From Callorhinchus milii (taxonomy: Eukaryota): a stretch of 64,000 nt of DNA. Each line of letters starts with the position of its first letter. The stretch's first letter is position 1. Positions 52,301 to 64,000 of this stretch are shown one piece after another. The stretch spans positions 124,001 to 188,000 of the forward strand of contig NW_024704742.1 in NCBI RefSeq assembly GCF_018977255.1, given 5' to 3'. Both the position numbers and the translations under genes were made by a program. The notes under the pieces are model-generated. The model was not told the DNA's origin and searched no databases. It worked only from the letters and a program-made list of their open reading frames with translations.

Positions 52301-55300
52301 GAGCTAACGACAAAGTTCTATTTGAGACTTATTTTACTTTGGAATCTTGCCCTCACACTTCAAGTTTCTCTCTCTCTCTCTTTCTCTCAATATATCCCTC
52401 CTCTCCCCCTTCCTAACTTTGTATAAGAAGTCCCAATCCTCTTATTGGGACGTCCTCCTAACATGAAAGGCGCTATACAAATGTAATTTTGTTGTTGTTG
52501 GTGTTGTTATTCAATTCAGAAAATCAAACACCAACAAGGTGTTTACAGAAAGCCAATTTAGCAGATATTCTACTTAAAAAATGATCTATAATCTGCAGTT
52601 TGTCCAACTAGTCCACAGGAAATTAAAGGAAGCTTTTGAGCATTTCTGTTACAGGCCTCAATTTAGTATTTTTTAAAAAAATTATATACCTTTAAGTCAG
52701 AAAGAGCAATACTGCAAGTGCCAAAGTTAACAGAATGTTACACTTCCCCAACTTGGATTGGGTGGGGTGAACCATCTGTTCATTTTGGCACATGATATGG
52801 ATTATTAACTCATGAATATACCGAACTCCCTTACTTGCACATTGTAGCCAAAAAACGTACAACAATTTGCATTTATATATAGCACCGGCGAAGTGGTTAA
52901 GGAACAAGAAGATTTTTTTAAGATTGCAAGCAATCTTTTTTAAAATATAGAGAACTCGCTATAGGGCCGTTCTTTTGGAAAAGCAAAGTATTAAACACAA
53001 ACAGTTGCCATGGAGTATGATTTAGCAATTTGATTCAGGTGACGTATTAAACTGAAAACATTTACTAGATGCTAATATGCTTTGTGTCAGATCTGCCGTG
53101 TTCAAAAGATTAAACAATGACAGCACACCTTTTCCGTCCCTCAAAGTGGATTAGAATAGATCGTACTCCAGTACCAGGAGCCAACAGAGCTATTCCATAA
53201 ACCTTTCCAACAATGAAAGTCAGAGATACTGGCAAGCCAGCCTTACAAAGCTTTCTGACTCACTGTGAAGAACTATATGTACCCTATGGGCGGGAGGAAA
53301 GAGAAACACTGACATCAGCACTCAGCACAATCCAGAAACTAGTGTGTATGTATATGTGAGATAGAGTAAAAAAAGAGACTTCTTTAGAAAAATTCTACAC
53401 GCAAACATTCATGTGCAGACTTGCTTTGTAAACAGTTTTCAAACAAGTTACTTGTTATAAATACTTAATTGGCTTCCCGACATCTTCGTCACTTATTGGT
53501 AAGGTTTGTTTTATTTCTCCAGTGGACACTTTGTAGGTCTGTTGTGCCACATTTGAAAGATGCAACATACATAATTCCCACAGCGTTCATTTCAGGAGAA
53601 AGAAGACAAACGTAAATTGCTGCAAACCAGATGAACAGCCAGATCTCAACAGGTACTCAAAACATTCAAAAAGAAAAACAGCTGAAGACTTTGAACAGAA
53701 TATCAGATGGCAGAGAAAGCCATTGTTAAGACTCCGAAATTCCAGACACTTACAAACATAATAAAATCAACTCTTTGTATTTACTCATTTCTTCTCTGCT
53801 CGCCCCCCCCCTACATGGCTAACTGGCACATCCCCCACCACCCCTGCACTGCCGTTCAGTGGCTGAGGCTTCAGTCACTGCGCCCACTAACATCTGCGAG
53901 CAGAAGTGAAAATGATCACAAGATCAGTTTGGATGAAAAAAAAACTTCCTCCCATCTGATCTCATTTTTCCAGAACACCCACCCTACTGATCCACAATCC
54001 CTGCATCAAACTGAGTCCAGTGCTGACTCCCCCAACCACCCTTCCTGGCAACTTGGTCGTCATTAATTAACTTTGTCCTGAAATTGCGCTGTATACCTCT
54101 AACCCTATGTCCTCTTGTTCAACTGTTTTGGTGCATCCTGAAGTATTGATTTGGGTTTGCTTTTACAATCCCATTTAAAATGTTACACTCCTCTATGAAG
54201 TCCCCCTATTAGTTATTGTCTTTTCAAGACTGAAGAGCCCTAGTTTATCAAATCGTTGCTTGTAGCTCATGTTTGTAAGTGTCTGATTTCAGAGTCTTTT
54301 ACAATGACTTCATCTGCCGGCTTATTTTACAGTTGTGGAAAGCAGTCAACTATTTGGTTTCCTTTTTGCCTGGCTAAATTAAAGCAAAAGCTGCTCTTTA
54401 AATCCCACCTTAAACCCATATAATCGACTGCTATGGTCAGCTCCCCCTTCTCTCTTAATCAGCATCCAACCGCACCACTGAAGCACTCCAAGATATTACC
54501 TTATGTGAAGAGCACTATATAAATGCAAGTTGTTGTTGTTGAGACACAAAGAATCATGAAACGAACAAAATGCAAACGATGAAAACCAACCTTTAAAACA
54601 TCAAACTTCATAAAAACCTGCACGCTCCCTCTGCTTAGCCTGCTCCATGCCCTCCACCCAGCCGGCCCCACCATCAGCAGGAAGTCCTTCAGCCTCTCTG
54701 CCCCCAGCCTTTGGAACTCTATCCCACAATCTCTTTGCCTTATTCCCTCCAAAGGTCCATCTCAAAACCTTCCTCTTCGACCGCTCCTTTGGTCACCTTC
54801 CTACCCCCACCCTCCTACCCTCCTGATCCCAACCCCCAGCTCAGGGCCAAATCCCTGACTGTCTAGGACCTTGGGACATCCTCCCAACATAGAAGGCGCC
54901 GTACAAATGTAATTTGTTGTTGTTAAACTTTCTGAAGTCAGAACCTAAAACCATCATGATGATACAACAACCCTAGAAGGTAATCTTACAGCAGTGCACC
55001 ATTTGTTTAGAAATTAAATTACATATTAATTATAGCCCTAAGAGCAACACCTCCATTTTCAAGGACATCTCCAGTTCGGCAGATGATCCTAACAGGTGGG
55101 TTTTGGTGATTTGCTTGGACAGTAAATCTTGCAGCTCACTGAAGGGAATTAAAAAGCCTGAACTTTTTGCCATTACAAAGCAACATTTGTGGAGAAAATA
55201 AAGCATTGCAGCCAAAACCATCCCACACGCTTATCAGAAGGCAAAAAACTGCAAAAACACCAGCACAGTTGTAATCAAACAGAACTGTATATTTTTAGAT

Positions 55301-57107
55301 TACAAAAAGCCACGGTAACCCAATGAGGAAACGAGCTGTGAGCCAATATTCTCAGAAACCGAACTCCAGTCATATACTTGTATCCTGTTTGGTTAAAGTT
55401 TTTCTCTGGCTTTCTCCAGCAACTTGAAATCAGTTCAACATTTCCACCCATTCATTGCTTTTTTTTAAAAAAGGCCATCTACAGCTGCATTTCCTAATAA
55501 AACTATGAGGGGTGGAGAAGGGGGAGGAATGCACTCAAACTCACATGATTGTAAGCATTCATCATCATCATCAACAACAACAAGATTACATGTGTATAGC
55601 GCCTTTCATGTTGGGAGGACGTCCCAAGGCACTGGACAGTGACAGCATTTCAGACCCGAGCTGAGGGTGGGGGGGGGGGAGGGAAGTGGGGGAGGGGAAA
55701 GGGGGGTGACCAATGGCACGGTCGAAGAGGAGGGTCTTGAGGCGGGAAGGAGGCTAAGGCGGAGTGACTGGGGAATGGAATTCCAAAGGTTGGGGGCAGA
55801 GTGGCTGAAGGCTTTCCCACCAATGGTGGGGCGGGTGGGGCAGGGGACGTGGAGCAGCCAGAGCCGGCTGAGGGGAGGGAACGGGTAGGTTGGTAGGGGG
55901 TTAGGAGGTGGCAGAGGTATGGTGGGGCGAGGCCATGGAGGGCTTTGTAGGTGAGGACCAGGATCTTGAACTGGATCCTCTGAAGGATAGAGAGCCAGTG
56001 GAATCGGGCGAGGGAGATGGGGTCACAGAGTTTGGTGCATGAGAGGACACGGGCTGCAGAGTTCTGGATTATCTGCAGTCTATGGAGGGAGGAGTTGGGA
56101 AGGCCGACACGCAGGCATTTGCATAGTCGAGCCTGGAGGTGATGAAAGCATGAACAAGAGTTTCAGCGCCTGAGGGGTGAGGGAGTGGTGGAGTCGGGCA
56201 ATGTTACGGAGGTGTGGGAAGGCAGAGCGGGTCATGGCTTGGATATGTGGGAGAAAAGACAGTTGAGGGTCGAACAAGACACCGAGGTTCCTGACTGGCT
56301 GGTGAGTTGGTGAGTTGAAGTGTGCGACCATGGAGGTTGATGCTGCCAGAGCCTGAGGTGCGGAGGCGCTGGCGTGAGCCAATCAGGAGGGCCTTAGTCT
56401 TGTTCACATTCAACTGTAGGAAGTTTGCCCTCATCCAGGACTTGATGTCCGACAGACAGTCTGTCAGGACAGCAGTGTCCTGGAGTTGAGGGTGGGGGCA
56501 GAAAGATAGAGTTGGGTGTCATCCGAATACATGTGGAAGTTGACCCCATGTCTGCGGATGATGTCACCGAGGGGGAGCATATAGATAGTAAAGAGGAGAC
56601 AAGGACAGAGCCCTGGGGGACGCCAGACGTGACAGTGCGGGGGCTGGAGGAGAAACCGTTAGAGACAACGAAGTGGAGACGTGAGAGAGATAGAAATTGA
56701 ACCAGGCAAGGGCTGGTCTGCGAAGATTAAGAGAGGCGGTGCATGAGGATGGAGTGGTCAACACTGTCGAAGGCGGCAGAGAGATCGAGGAGGACAAGGA
56801 GGCAGAGGGAGCGCTGATCACAGATGTTCAGAATGTCATTAGTTGTTTCCATGCCGTGGGCAACAACAACAACAACAACAACTTGCGCTGGTCACACAGA
56901 GTTAGCGACTCAGAGACGCTGTAACAACAACAAGATTACATTTGTACAGCGCCGTTAACTCAGAGAGTAAGTCATATCCTATTTGATCAGAAAAGCCAAA
57001 ATAAAAACATTTCAACATAGTCACATCTGCAATTTCTTCACTGAGATCCCACTGAAAGTTTCCCTCCTTTCAAAAGTTGTGTAACTTACCCTGAGATCTG
57101 ATGCCAT
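40319..57107 (-). CDS. ANXA5: Annexin A5, 12 coding exons, 325 aa
   Basis: Exon lengths 18/85/95/114/91/80/57/94/96/59/123/66 give 978 nt and fit the conserved annexin structure. Four annexin repeats ([30 protein letters not shown]) carry acidic caps. The motifs KTLFGK, [14 protein letters not shown] and VFDxYMxISGxQIEE..ETSGNL best match A5 from memory of the human paralogs. Confidence 0.88.
40973..41275 (-). mobile_element. tRNA-derived SINE in last ANXA5 intron
   Basis: Near full-length reverse copy. Confidence 0.85.
41593..41715 (-). CDS. ANXA5: ANXA5 coding exon 11
   Basis: [41 protein letters not shown]; 123 nt. Confidence 0.95.
42897..42955 (-). CDS. ANXA5: ANXA5 coding exon 10
   Basis: [20 protein letters not shown]; 59 nt. 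Confidence 0.95.
43165..43260 (-). CDS. ANXA5: ANXA5 coding exon 9
   Basis: [32 protein letters not shown]; 96 nt. Confidence 0.95.
43444..43537 (-). CDS. ANXA5: ANXA5 coding exon 8
   Basis: [31 protein letters not shown]; 94 nt. Confidence 0.95.
44146..44202 (-). CDS. ANXA5: ANXA5 coding exon 7
   Basis: [19 protein letters not shown]; 57 nt. Confidence 0.9.
44885..44964 (-). CDS. ANXA5: ANXA5 coding exon 6
   Basis: [27 protein letters not shown]; 80 nt. Confidence 0.95.
45603..45693 (-). CDS. ANXA5: ANXA5 coding exon 5
   Basis: [30 protein letters not shown]; 91 nt. Confidence 0.95.
47622..47735 (-). CDS. ANXA5: ANXA5 coding exon 4
   Basis: [38 protein letters not shown]; 114 nt. Confidence 0.95.
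48487..48581 (-). CDS. ANXA5: ANXA5 coding exon 3
   Basis: [32 protein letters not shown]; 95 nt, AG/GT bounded. Confidence 0.95.
48861..48945 (-). CDS. ANXA5: ANXA5 coding exon 2
   Basis: [29 protein letters not shown]|gcaagt (GC donor); 85 nt. Confidence 0.9.
54600..54925 (+). mobile_element. L2-clade LINE 3' end
   Basis: CCTTCAGCCTCTCTGCCCCCAGCCTTTGGAACTC...GTAATTTGTTGTTG tail. Confidence 0.8.
55570..56850 (-). mobile_element. L2-clade LINE, 5'-truncated RT/ORF2 plus 3' tail
   Basis: GVPQGS-like and FHMYSDD RT segments, [30 protein letters not shown], and a (TTG)n tail. Confidence 0.92.
57090..57107 (-). CDS. ANXA5: ANXA5 first coding exon (MASDLR); exon spans 57133-57090
   Basis: tttgcag|GGAGTGTG...AAACC ATG GCA TCA GAT CTC AGG|gtaagt; strong Kozak context, phase 0. 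Confidence 0.8.
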
Positions 57108-57284
57108 GGTTTATAGCAACTGCAACACACTCCCTGCAAACACAACAACAACAAGTTAGCCAAGTCCAGGGTGGGCAGCTGTGGGGCTGAGCTCCAGTCT
57201 CACCTCCACCGACACACAAACTAAAGCTAACGGTTTAAAATGGGGCCACGTTCAGCACTGCCTCCTCTTCACATCATGTAACTG

Positions 57285-57512
57285 AGTCTCTCTCTTTCTT
57301 TCTTTCTCTCTCTCTCTCTCTCTCCTCTCTCACTCTCCCTCTCTCGTTTACTCTTTTTACTTCTTTCTCTCTGTCCCATCGTTCTCTCTCTCTCTTCCCT
57401 CCGTTTTCTCTTTCATTCCCTTGTTCTCTCTCTCTCTCTCTCTCACACACGATCTTTCTTTCTCTTTCCCTCTTTCTCTTCCCCCTTCCCCCCCTCCTTC
57501 CTTGTTTTGTTT

Positions 57513-57543
<31 letters not shown>

Positions 57544-57560
57544 GTCTCTCCCCCTCCATC
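57285..57560. repeat. (CT)n/(GA)n-rich low-complexity tract in ANXA5 intron 1
   Basis: Nearly pure polypyrimidine run on the + strand with (TC)n blocks. Confidence 0.95.
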
Positions 57561-57617
57561 TTACCCTCACACTAAACTGTTTGTTTAAACGTTTAACCTT
57601 ACAGTAACCGCCCTCAC

Positions 57618-57800
57618 CAGCCTGTGCCCTGCACTCTGCCCAGTCAGGTCCTGGTGAGATATCAGCAGCTGAGGCTGAGGATCCCCAGTGACTGCCACAC
57701 CCAAGTCTGTGCCTGAGAGAGAGAGCGAGACACAGAGCATAATAACTCCGCCTTCTGGGAAGTGCACTTCCTCTTCCCTGGAAACTGGCCATTGCCACGT
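57618..57800 (-). promoter_or_regulatory. ANXA5: Putative non-coding first exon and promoter of ANXA5
   Basis: GC-richer unique sequence ending in the donor CTG|gtgagg at 57618, with ETS-like GGAAG motifs near 57760-57780. Annexin genes normally have a non-coding exon 1. Boundaries are approximate. Confidence 0.45.
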
Positions 57801-58244
57801 CCTGAACCGAGTTTCCAGGTTCATCCCGAGTCTGGAAACAGAAATCCATTCAACCACAACAGCAATAAATAAGGTTGTGGGTTCAAATCCCACGCCAGGA
57901 CTTGAATTCACGTTGTCTAAGCCGACAACACGATACAATAATTATATTTGTATCGCGCCTTTCACGTCGGGAGGGCGTCTCCCAATGCAGCACTGGTGGC
58001 GGGTGGGTCGGGGGGGGGGGTGGGAGGGGGTTGCATTGTCGGAGGTGCCGTCCTTCGGATGAGACGTTAAACCCAGGTGGATGTTAACATCACGTGGCAC
58101 TATTCGAAAAGAGAAAGAGTTTCTCGCGCTGTCCTGGCCAACAAAACCACTTGAATAAAATTGGTCACTCGTTTCGTGGCTGTTTGTGGGACATCGCTGT
58201 GCGCAACTGTCTGCCACAAATACCTACCTACCTGTTTACCTGTT

Positions 58245-58561
58245 GTGGAGTCCAGTAGATCAGTGGTTAGAGCGCTCATTTTGCAAGTGAGAGACCTGAG
58301 TTCAATTCCCGGCGAAACCTCGGGCAAGTTTCCTTACTCCACACAGAGCCTAATAATAATCCTCCAAAACCAAAAACAATAATAAATTGGTCATTTTCAA
58401 TCTACGACTGTTTGTGGGACATCGCTGTGCGCAATTGGCTGCCGCGTTCGCCCACAAATATACAGTCAATTCACTTTACAGTGTGTTCTGTGAAGCGCTT
58501 TGGGACGTCCTCCCGACGTGAAAAGCGCTATATCAAATGCAAGATTAATTATTATTATTAC
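58245..58561 (+). mobile_element. tRNA-derived SINE, full length
   Basis: Head, body and (ATT)n tail. Many additional partial copies elsewhere in the window are not listed. Confidence 0.9.
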
Positions 58562-61092
58562 CTACAAATAAACAGTCAATCCACTTTACAGTAAATCCTG
58601 CAAAGCTCTTTGAGACGTCATTCCAAGATGGTAAGGTGCGAGGATTCATACAATCATAGAAAATAGAATTATACAGCACAGAAGGAGGCCATTCCGCCCA
58701 TTGTGTCTGTGCCAGCTCTTTGAAAAGGATTATTATTAATAACAAATTGCATTTGTATAGCACCTTTCATGGTCAGAAGGACATTCCAATGAGTTGGATA
58801 GAGAAGACATTGCCCCTGAGCTGGGGGTTTGGAGTACAGAGGGATGGAAGTGAGAGGATGACTGAAGGTACGATCAATGAGAAATGTCTTGAGGCCGGCT
58901 TTGAAGGAGGCAAGGAAGGGGATAAGGTGGTAGGCTCTGGGATGGAGTTTAAGAAAAAAAATTCTACAGGGAGCAACCTCTGGCACTTTGCTTGATCTAC
59001 CTTTGATTGATCAATTCTGTTCTCTCTTGCAAGCTCCATTTGCTTTGTGGATTCCCACAAACACCGAGCTGAATTTTCCCTGGGGGGAGTGGGTGGCGAC
59101 TTTTGTCAATCTGCTGTATTTCATGCTGTGTCATGTCTCTGTCAGTGTGGCTCAGTTAGTTAGCAATCTCCTGTTGGGTCACACCCTGTGGGTCCAAACC
59201 ACATTCAGCCATAGTCAAAACTGCTGCACTGTGGGAAAGTGCTGCTCTTCAGACACAATAGCTAAACTGTGATCCTCTCTACCTATTTCGCTGGATGTCT
59301 TCATGCTTTTTGAGAAGAAAAGGAATGTTTCTCTCAGTGCCCTGACTAACAATCCTCACTGCATGGCTCAGGAACCGGACTGGAGAGCACCACAGAGGGC
59401 TGTCTCGATTCCGACATTCCATTGCCAGACATGTCACCGAAGAGCCAGTTCAGCTCCAAGGAGACCTCTCTCTACATCCAACTCCATCCTTGTACAAAAC
59501 TCAGAGATGTTACCCTATATGAAGGCTGCTATATAAATGCAAGTTGTTGTTGTATCTCAGAAGCGTTCAGGACCTTGTGTTTCCAGATACAACGTTAATC
59601 ATTCATTTGAGTTGGGGACAGGCTAGATTGGATTTGCATGAATTTTCATTAGTATTCAGTATATTAATTAATACTTCAACTTGGGTCGATAGTCTGATAA
59701 GATTCAATCTAATCAAATCATTAATTTATTTAACTCTAGTTAATAAAATATATAACATGTTGAGATCAAGAACAAATCTGATCATTAAAAAATACACCAA
59801 ACTAGCAAACAGTAAAGTTCCATTACTCAGTGATTCCTGTGAGAAGGGAGGGCTTGAAGACAGTGTTAAACTATCTGTTGATTTTCCATGATCATTTGCC
59901 TGAGCTGTTCCATAAACACTCAAGACTCAACTCCACCAACAAACTGCCTGTGTGCTGACAAGTACACTTCAGAGGGAGGCTACTGTAGTCAACTTTATCC
60001 TTCTCTTCAGTGCATATCTTTATTTGGGAACATCGACAGTTTATTTGCCTTGGAAAACCTGTTCCACTGTCAGTGGAACTGACTCATTTGGGTCGGTGAC
60101 TAGCCAGTGAGGACCGTGCAGTTTATTAAACAATCGCCCAAAGGATATGTAAAGCTATTTCTTCCATAATTGTGCTCAGTAATGCAATAGATATGCTGGA
60201 AATGGCTTTCCTTTGAGAGAGGGAAAGAAAAAAACTGATGCAAATTGAGGATTCTCCAACCTGATGAACAGTTTAATTCCCACAGATCGATCAGATTCTA
60301 AAGGGATATATTATTGAGGTATTCTAGTACAAAATACTGCAAATTAATAAGAATCCTTTACTTTGGAATAGCACAAATAACGTATAACACGGTATTGCAA
60401 AACATCTCACAGGAAATTGTGGTCAAGTGTATTTTTTTCAACTGTCAAGTATATTTTAGACAAACTTAACAGCCAATCAAGTATACTGTAGACAAACACA
60501 GCAGCCAATTTTCACACAACTAATCCTGCAAACAGCTTTGAAGGTTTGTTACTATAAAAAAAGATTGTCAAGAAGTGTCGAGATTTTACTGTAAAGTACT
60601 GTGACTGTGTAGTTTGTAGGCAAATGTGGCAGCCAGTTTTTGTGCACAAATGTATCCCATGAAGTAAATGACACATTTTATCTGGGGTATTTTTGGCCAG
60701 AAAACTAGAAAAATGTTTCGTCTTTTTGAAGTCCTTTGAAATCTTTAACATTCACCTAAACAGATGGTTAGGGCGTTAGACTCGAGTGTCACCTGAAAAA
60801 CGGCATCTCCAACAATGTAGTACTATATTGAAGTGTAAATTGTTGTTTGTGGTTTACAATTTCCTACGCAATGCAGAGGAAGTGATGCCATAGACAACCG
60901 AACAACCCAGATTAATTGTTTTGAATCTGAAACCTCAAGTTATAACAGGGTTGTCCTGCACTAGAAAACAGACTGTTTACTTCCCCAGTATAGATCTATA
61001 ATATAATACAGTATAATGATAAGCCTTGCATTTGCCTTATCAATTCATCAAGATATCTCAAAGATCGCAAATGTCACACCACTATTTAAAAA

Positions 61093-61415
61093 ATAATAAT
61101 AATAATCCTTGCATTTGATATAGCGTTTTTCACATCTTCTAGATGTCTCAAAGCGCTTCACAGAATATACTGTAAAGTGAATTGACTGTATATTTGTGGG
61201 CAAACGCGGCAGCCAATTGCGCACAGCAATGTCCCACACACAGTCGTAGATTGAAAATGACCAATTTATTATTGTTTTTGGTTTTGGAGGGATTAATATT
61301 ACGCTCTGTGTGGAGTAAGGAAACTTGCCCGAGGTTTCGCCCTCTGCCTGGAATTGAACTCAGGTCTTTCGCTTGCAAAGCGAGTGCTCTAACCACTAAG
61401 CTACAGGACTCCACA
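61093..61415 (-). mobile_element. tRNA-derived SINE, full length
   Basis: Reverse copy abutting a CR1 fragment. Confidence 0.9.
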
Positions 61416-61419
61416 AAAA

Positions 61420-62610
61420 AGGTGGAAAGGAAAAGATGGGGAACTATAGGCCAGTTAGTCTCACATCAGTGATAGAAAAAAATTTAGAATAATTGATTAA
61501 GGATGTGCTAGTGCGGTATTTAGGGGAACACAATGTAATTAGGCCAAGTCAACATGGCTTCACAAAAGGAAAGTCATGTTTGACAAATCTCATAGCGTTT
61601 TTTGAGGATATTTCCAGTAAACGAGATACGGGTGAATCAGTGGATGTGGTCGATTTGGACTTCCAGAAGGCATTCGATAAGGTGCCGCATAAAAGGTTAG
61701 TCCAAAAGATAAGGGCCCATGGAATTGGGGGAGCATATTAACGTGGATTGGGGAATGGTTAACGGGTAGGAAACAAAGAGTAGGGATAAACGGGTCCTTT
61801 TCAGATTGGCGGGATGTGACTAGTGGAGTGCCACAAGGATCAGTCCTTGGGCCTCAGCTATTTGCCATCTACATCAACGATCTAGATGAGGACATCAAAG
61901 TTAATATATCTAAATTCGCTGATGACACAAAACTAGGAGGAAGTGCCAACACAGAGGACGACATTAAAAAAATGCAGCGCGACATAGATAGGTTAGGTGA
62001 TTGGGTAGGTAGTTGGCAGATGAAGTATAATGTAGGGAAGTGCGAAGTCATCCACCTGGGTAGCAAAATCAGTAAAGCGGGTTATTTTTTAGAAGGGAGA
62101 GATTGGAATGTGTTAGCGTCCAGAGGGACTTGGGTGTCCTTGTACACCAATCACAGAAAGTTAGTCTGCAGGTGCAGCAGCAATTAGGAAGGCGAACGGT
62201 ATGTTAGCATTCATTATGAAAGGATTAGAGGATAAGAGTAGGAAAGTCTTGCTGCAACTCTATAGGGCCCTCGTGAGACCACACCTGGAATACTGTGTGC
62301 AGTTTTGGTCTCCTTATTTAAGGAAGGATGTACTTGCCTTGGAGGGGGTGCAGCATAGATTTACTCGGTTAGTACCAGAGATGAAGGGGATGAGTTACGA
62401 GGATAGGCTGACCAATTTGGGCCTATATTCTCTAGAATATAGAAAAATTAGAGGGGATCTTATAGAAAACTATAAGATCATCAAAGGGCATGATAGAGTA
62501 GATAGTGGAAGATTGTGTCCCCCGGTTGGAGAAACTAAAACCAGGGGTCACAACTTTAAAATCGGAGGCAGCCCTTTCGCACTGAGTTGAGGAAGAACTT
62601 CTTCACTCAA
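61420..62610 (+). mobile_element. CR1 LINE ORF2 (reverse transcriptase) fragment, frameshifted
   Basis: [45 protein letters not shown] and RPHLEYCVQFWSP, spread over three frames. Confidence 0.95.
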
Positions 62611-64000
62611 ACCATGGCAGACGTGAAAGAGAGAATGGCAATAACATGCACAATAACAAGTAAATTCATTTCTAGCCTGGAAAAAATAACTACAGCACCA
62701 ATAAAATGCACATAACATCAAGCAGTAAAATAACATGTGGATCAAAAGATGATGTAATATATTAGCAGGCCTAGCTTTAGAATTATCCCTATTATTAATG
62801 CAGGCTACACATGTTCCTGATGTGAAATGTCCCATTGAGTTACAATCTCCCAATTATTGTTTGCAGTGACTACAAATATGCTGATCTATCTTTACTGTGT
62901 GTCAGGCCTAATATATATTAAAATGTTTAACTGAAATGATTTGTTCATGCTTCGGAATAAGTGTAATGATATGCTTATCTGAATGATAACTTTCGCTGTT
63001 CAAATCTTCCAGTATAAAAATCAGTTCACTGTTTTCAGAAGTTAACCTTGTAAGGTTTAGAAAGAATATTTCATAATGAAATTCTCCCCCTCCCAATAGC
63101 ACTGGACACAAGATGACAAACACTACCTGCATGTGAAGATGCAGTGAAGATGCAATGTAATTGAGACTTTTTTGAATGTATTGGAAATTAGCTCTATCAA
63201 TAGCAATAACAATAGGGGGAAGGAATAAAGAGGCTGAGATATTACCTTTAAGTAATTCTAAGATCCTGAAGTGCACTGTGGACATGTTCACAACCATAGC
63301 CAATTCACAACTATGATGACATTCATTCATATGTAAGATCGAATGACAAGGATGATAATAACTGGAATAAAACCATTAAGCAATATGCTATGCAAATATG
63401 GCAAGTCCCCTTTGAACTAATGCTAAGATTGTCTAATTGGAATTCTGTTCATATATTAGTCAATGAGGGATTATGTAGTTTAATTTCTGATAGAAACATT
63501 CTTTATGCGCTTCTGCAATTTATTCTGTAAAGGGTACTTTTACTTTTTAAGTTTTCTGAGAAACTATTTAATGATAACTAAGTACATCCACTTAGAAGAA
63601 GAAAGCTGGGTTTATCTTGTTCATATTGCTGTCAGCCTGGCACCTCAATCTTGAGCTGATGCAATTTTATACTGATTTGGGAGTTGTGGTGGAAACAAAT
63701 GTTTGCTGTAGATGTAATCGATAAAAACATTGGAGCAGAGCTCCATTACATATTTGTCTGCTGTTCCCAAGCGAAGGAAATGGTTTTCTTTTAATGGATT
63801 AATTATTTAGCATTACTGAGGCCCAAGTCGATATTGTTACCTGCAGTTCCCTTGCCTTCTTCTCCCAAATTACAGATGGAAGCTAGAAAGGAGAGCCAGT
63901 GTGATCAGTCTCAGGATTTCCCAATGGTCTAGTTTTTGGGGATCAGCCAGGTGTCTGACACATGCAGAAACCCATCGCCATATTTAAGCATATCCAAACC

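Noticed and set aside
57274..57849. 191-aa ORF rich in RE repeats
   Set aside because: It is a translation of the (GA)n microsatellite in the ANXA5 5' region.
60061..60079. Short palindrome GTTCCACTG-T-CAGTGGAAC
   Set aside because: 9-bp arms are expected occasionally by chance in 64 kb, and there is no supporting context.
61493..62590. Reverse transcriptase ORFs as an active or domesticated gene
   Set aside because: An ordinary 5'-truncated CR1 ORF2 broken by frameshifts.
62908..63330. 140-aa minus-strand ORF
   Set aside because: No recognisable motif or convincing splice structure; the composition is that of AT-rich non-coding DNA.

Overview
Repeat-rich, AT-rich vertebrate genomic DNA. 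The tRNA-headed SINEs with Deu-like bodies and L2 tails, plus CR1 and L2 LINEs, suggest a cartilaginous fish, possibly a chimaera (inference). The left part is a + strand CXC-chemokine cluster, reconstructed by hand from splice sites because the ORF track misses it. (A) An intact CXCL8-like gene at 8849-14531 (155 aa) has YLR in place of ELR and an unusual ~55-aa C-terminal extension. (psi) A tandem-duplicate pseudogene of A lies at 22580-22893, with both CXC cysteine codons turned to TGA. (B) An open-frame four-exon chemokine-like gene at 31874-36997 (96 aa) keeps the N-terminal CKC but has lost both the third and fourth cysteines, a pattern that fits none of the chemokine classes I know (CXC, CC, CX3C, XC, fish CX). 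Converging on it from the right is a complete annexin A5 gene on the - strand (12 coding exons, 57107-40319, 325 aa). It has a GC-AG intron, and Cys replaces the hallmark membrane-inserting Trp187. The rest is mostly SINE/LINE debris. Single N characters at 23802, 29751, 32999 and 36362 may hide assembly gaps.
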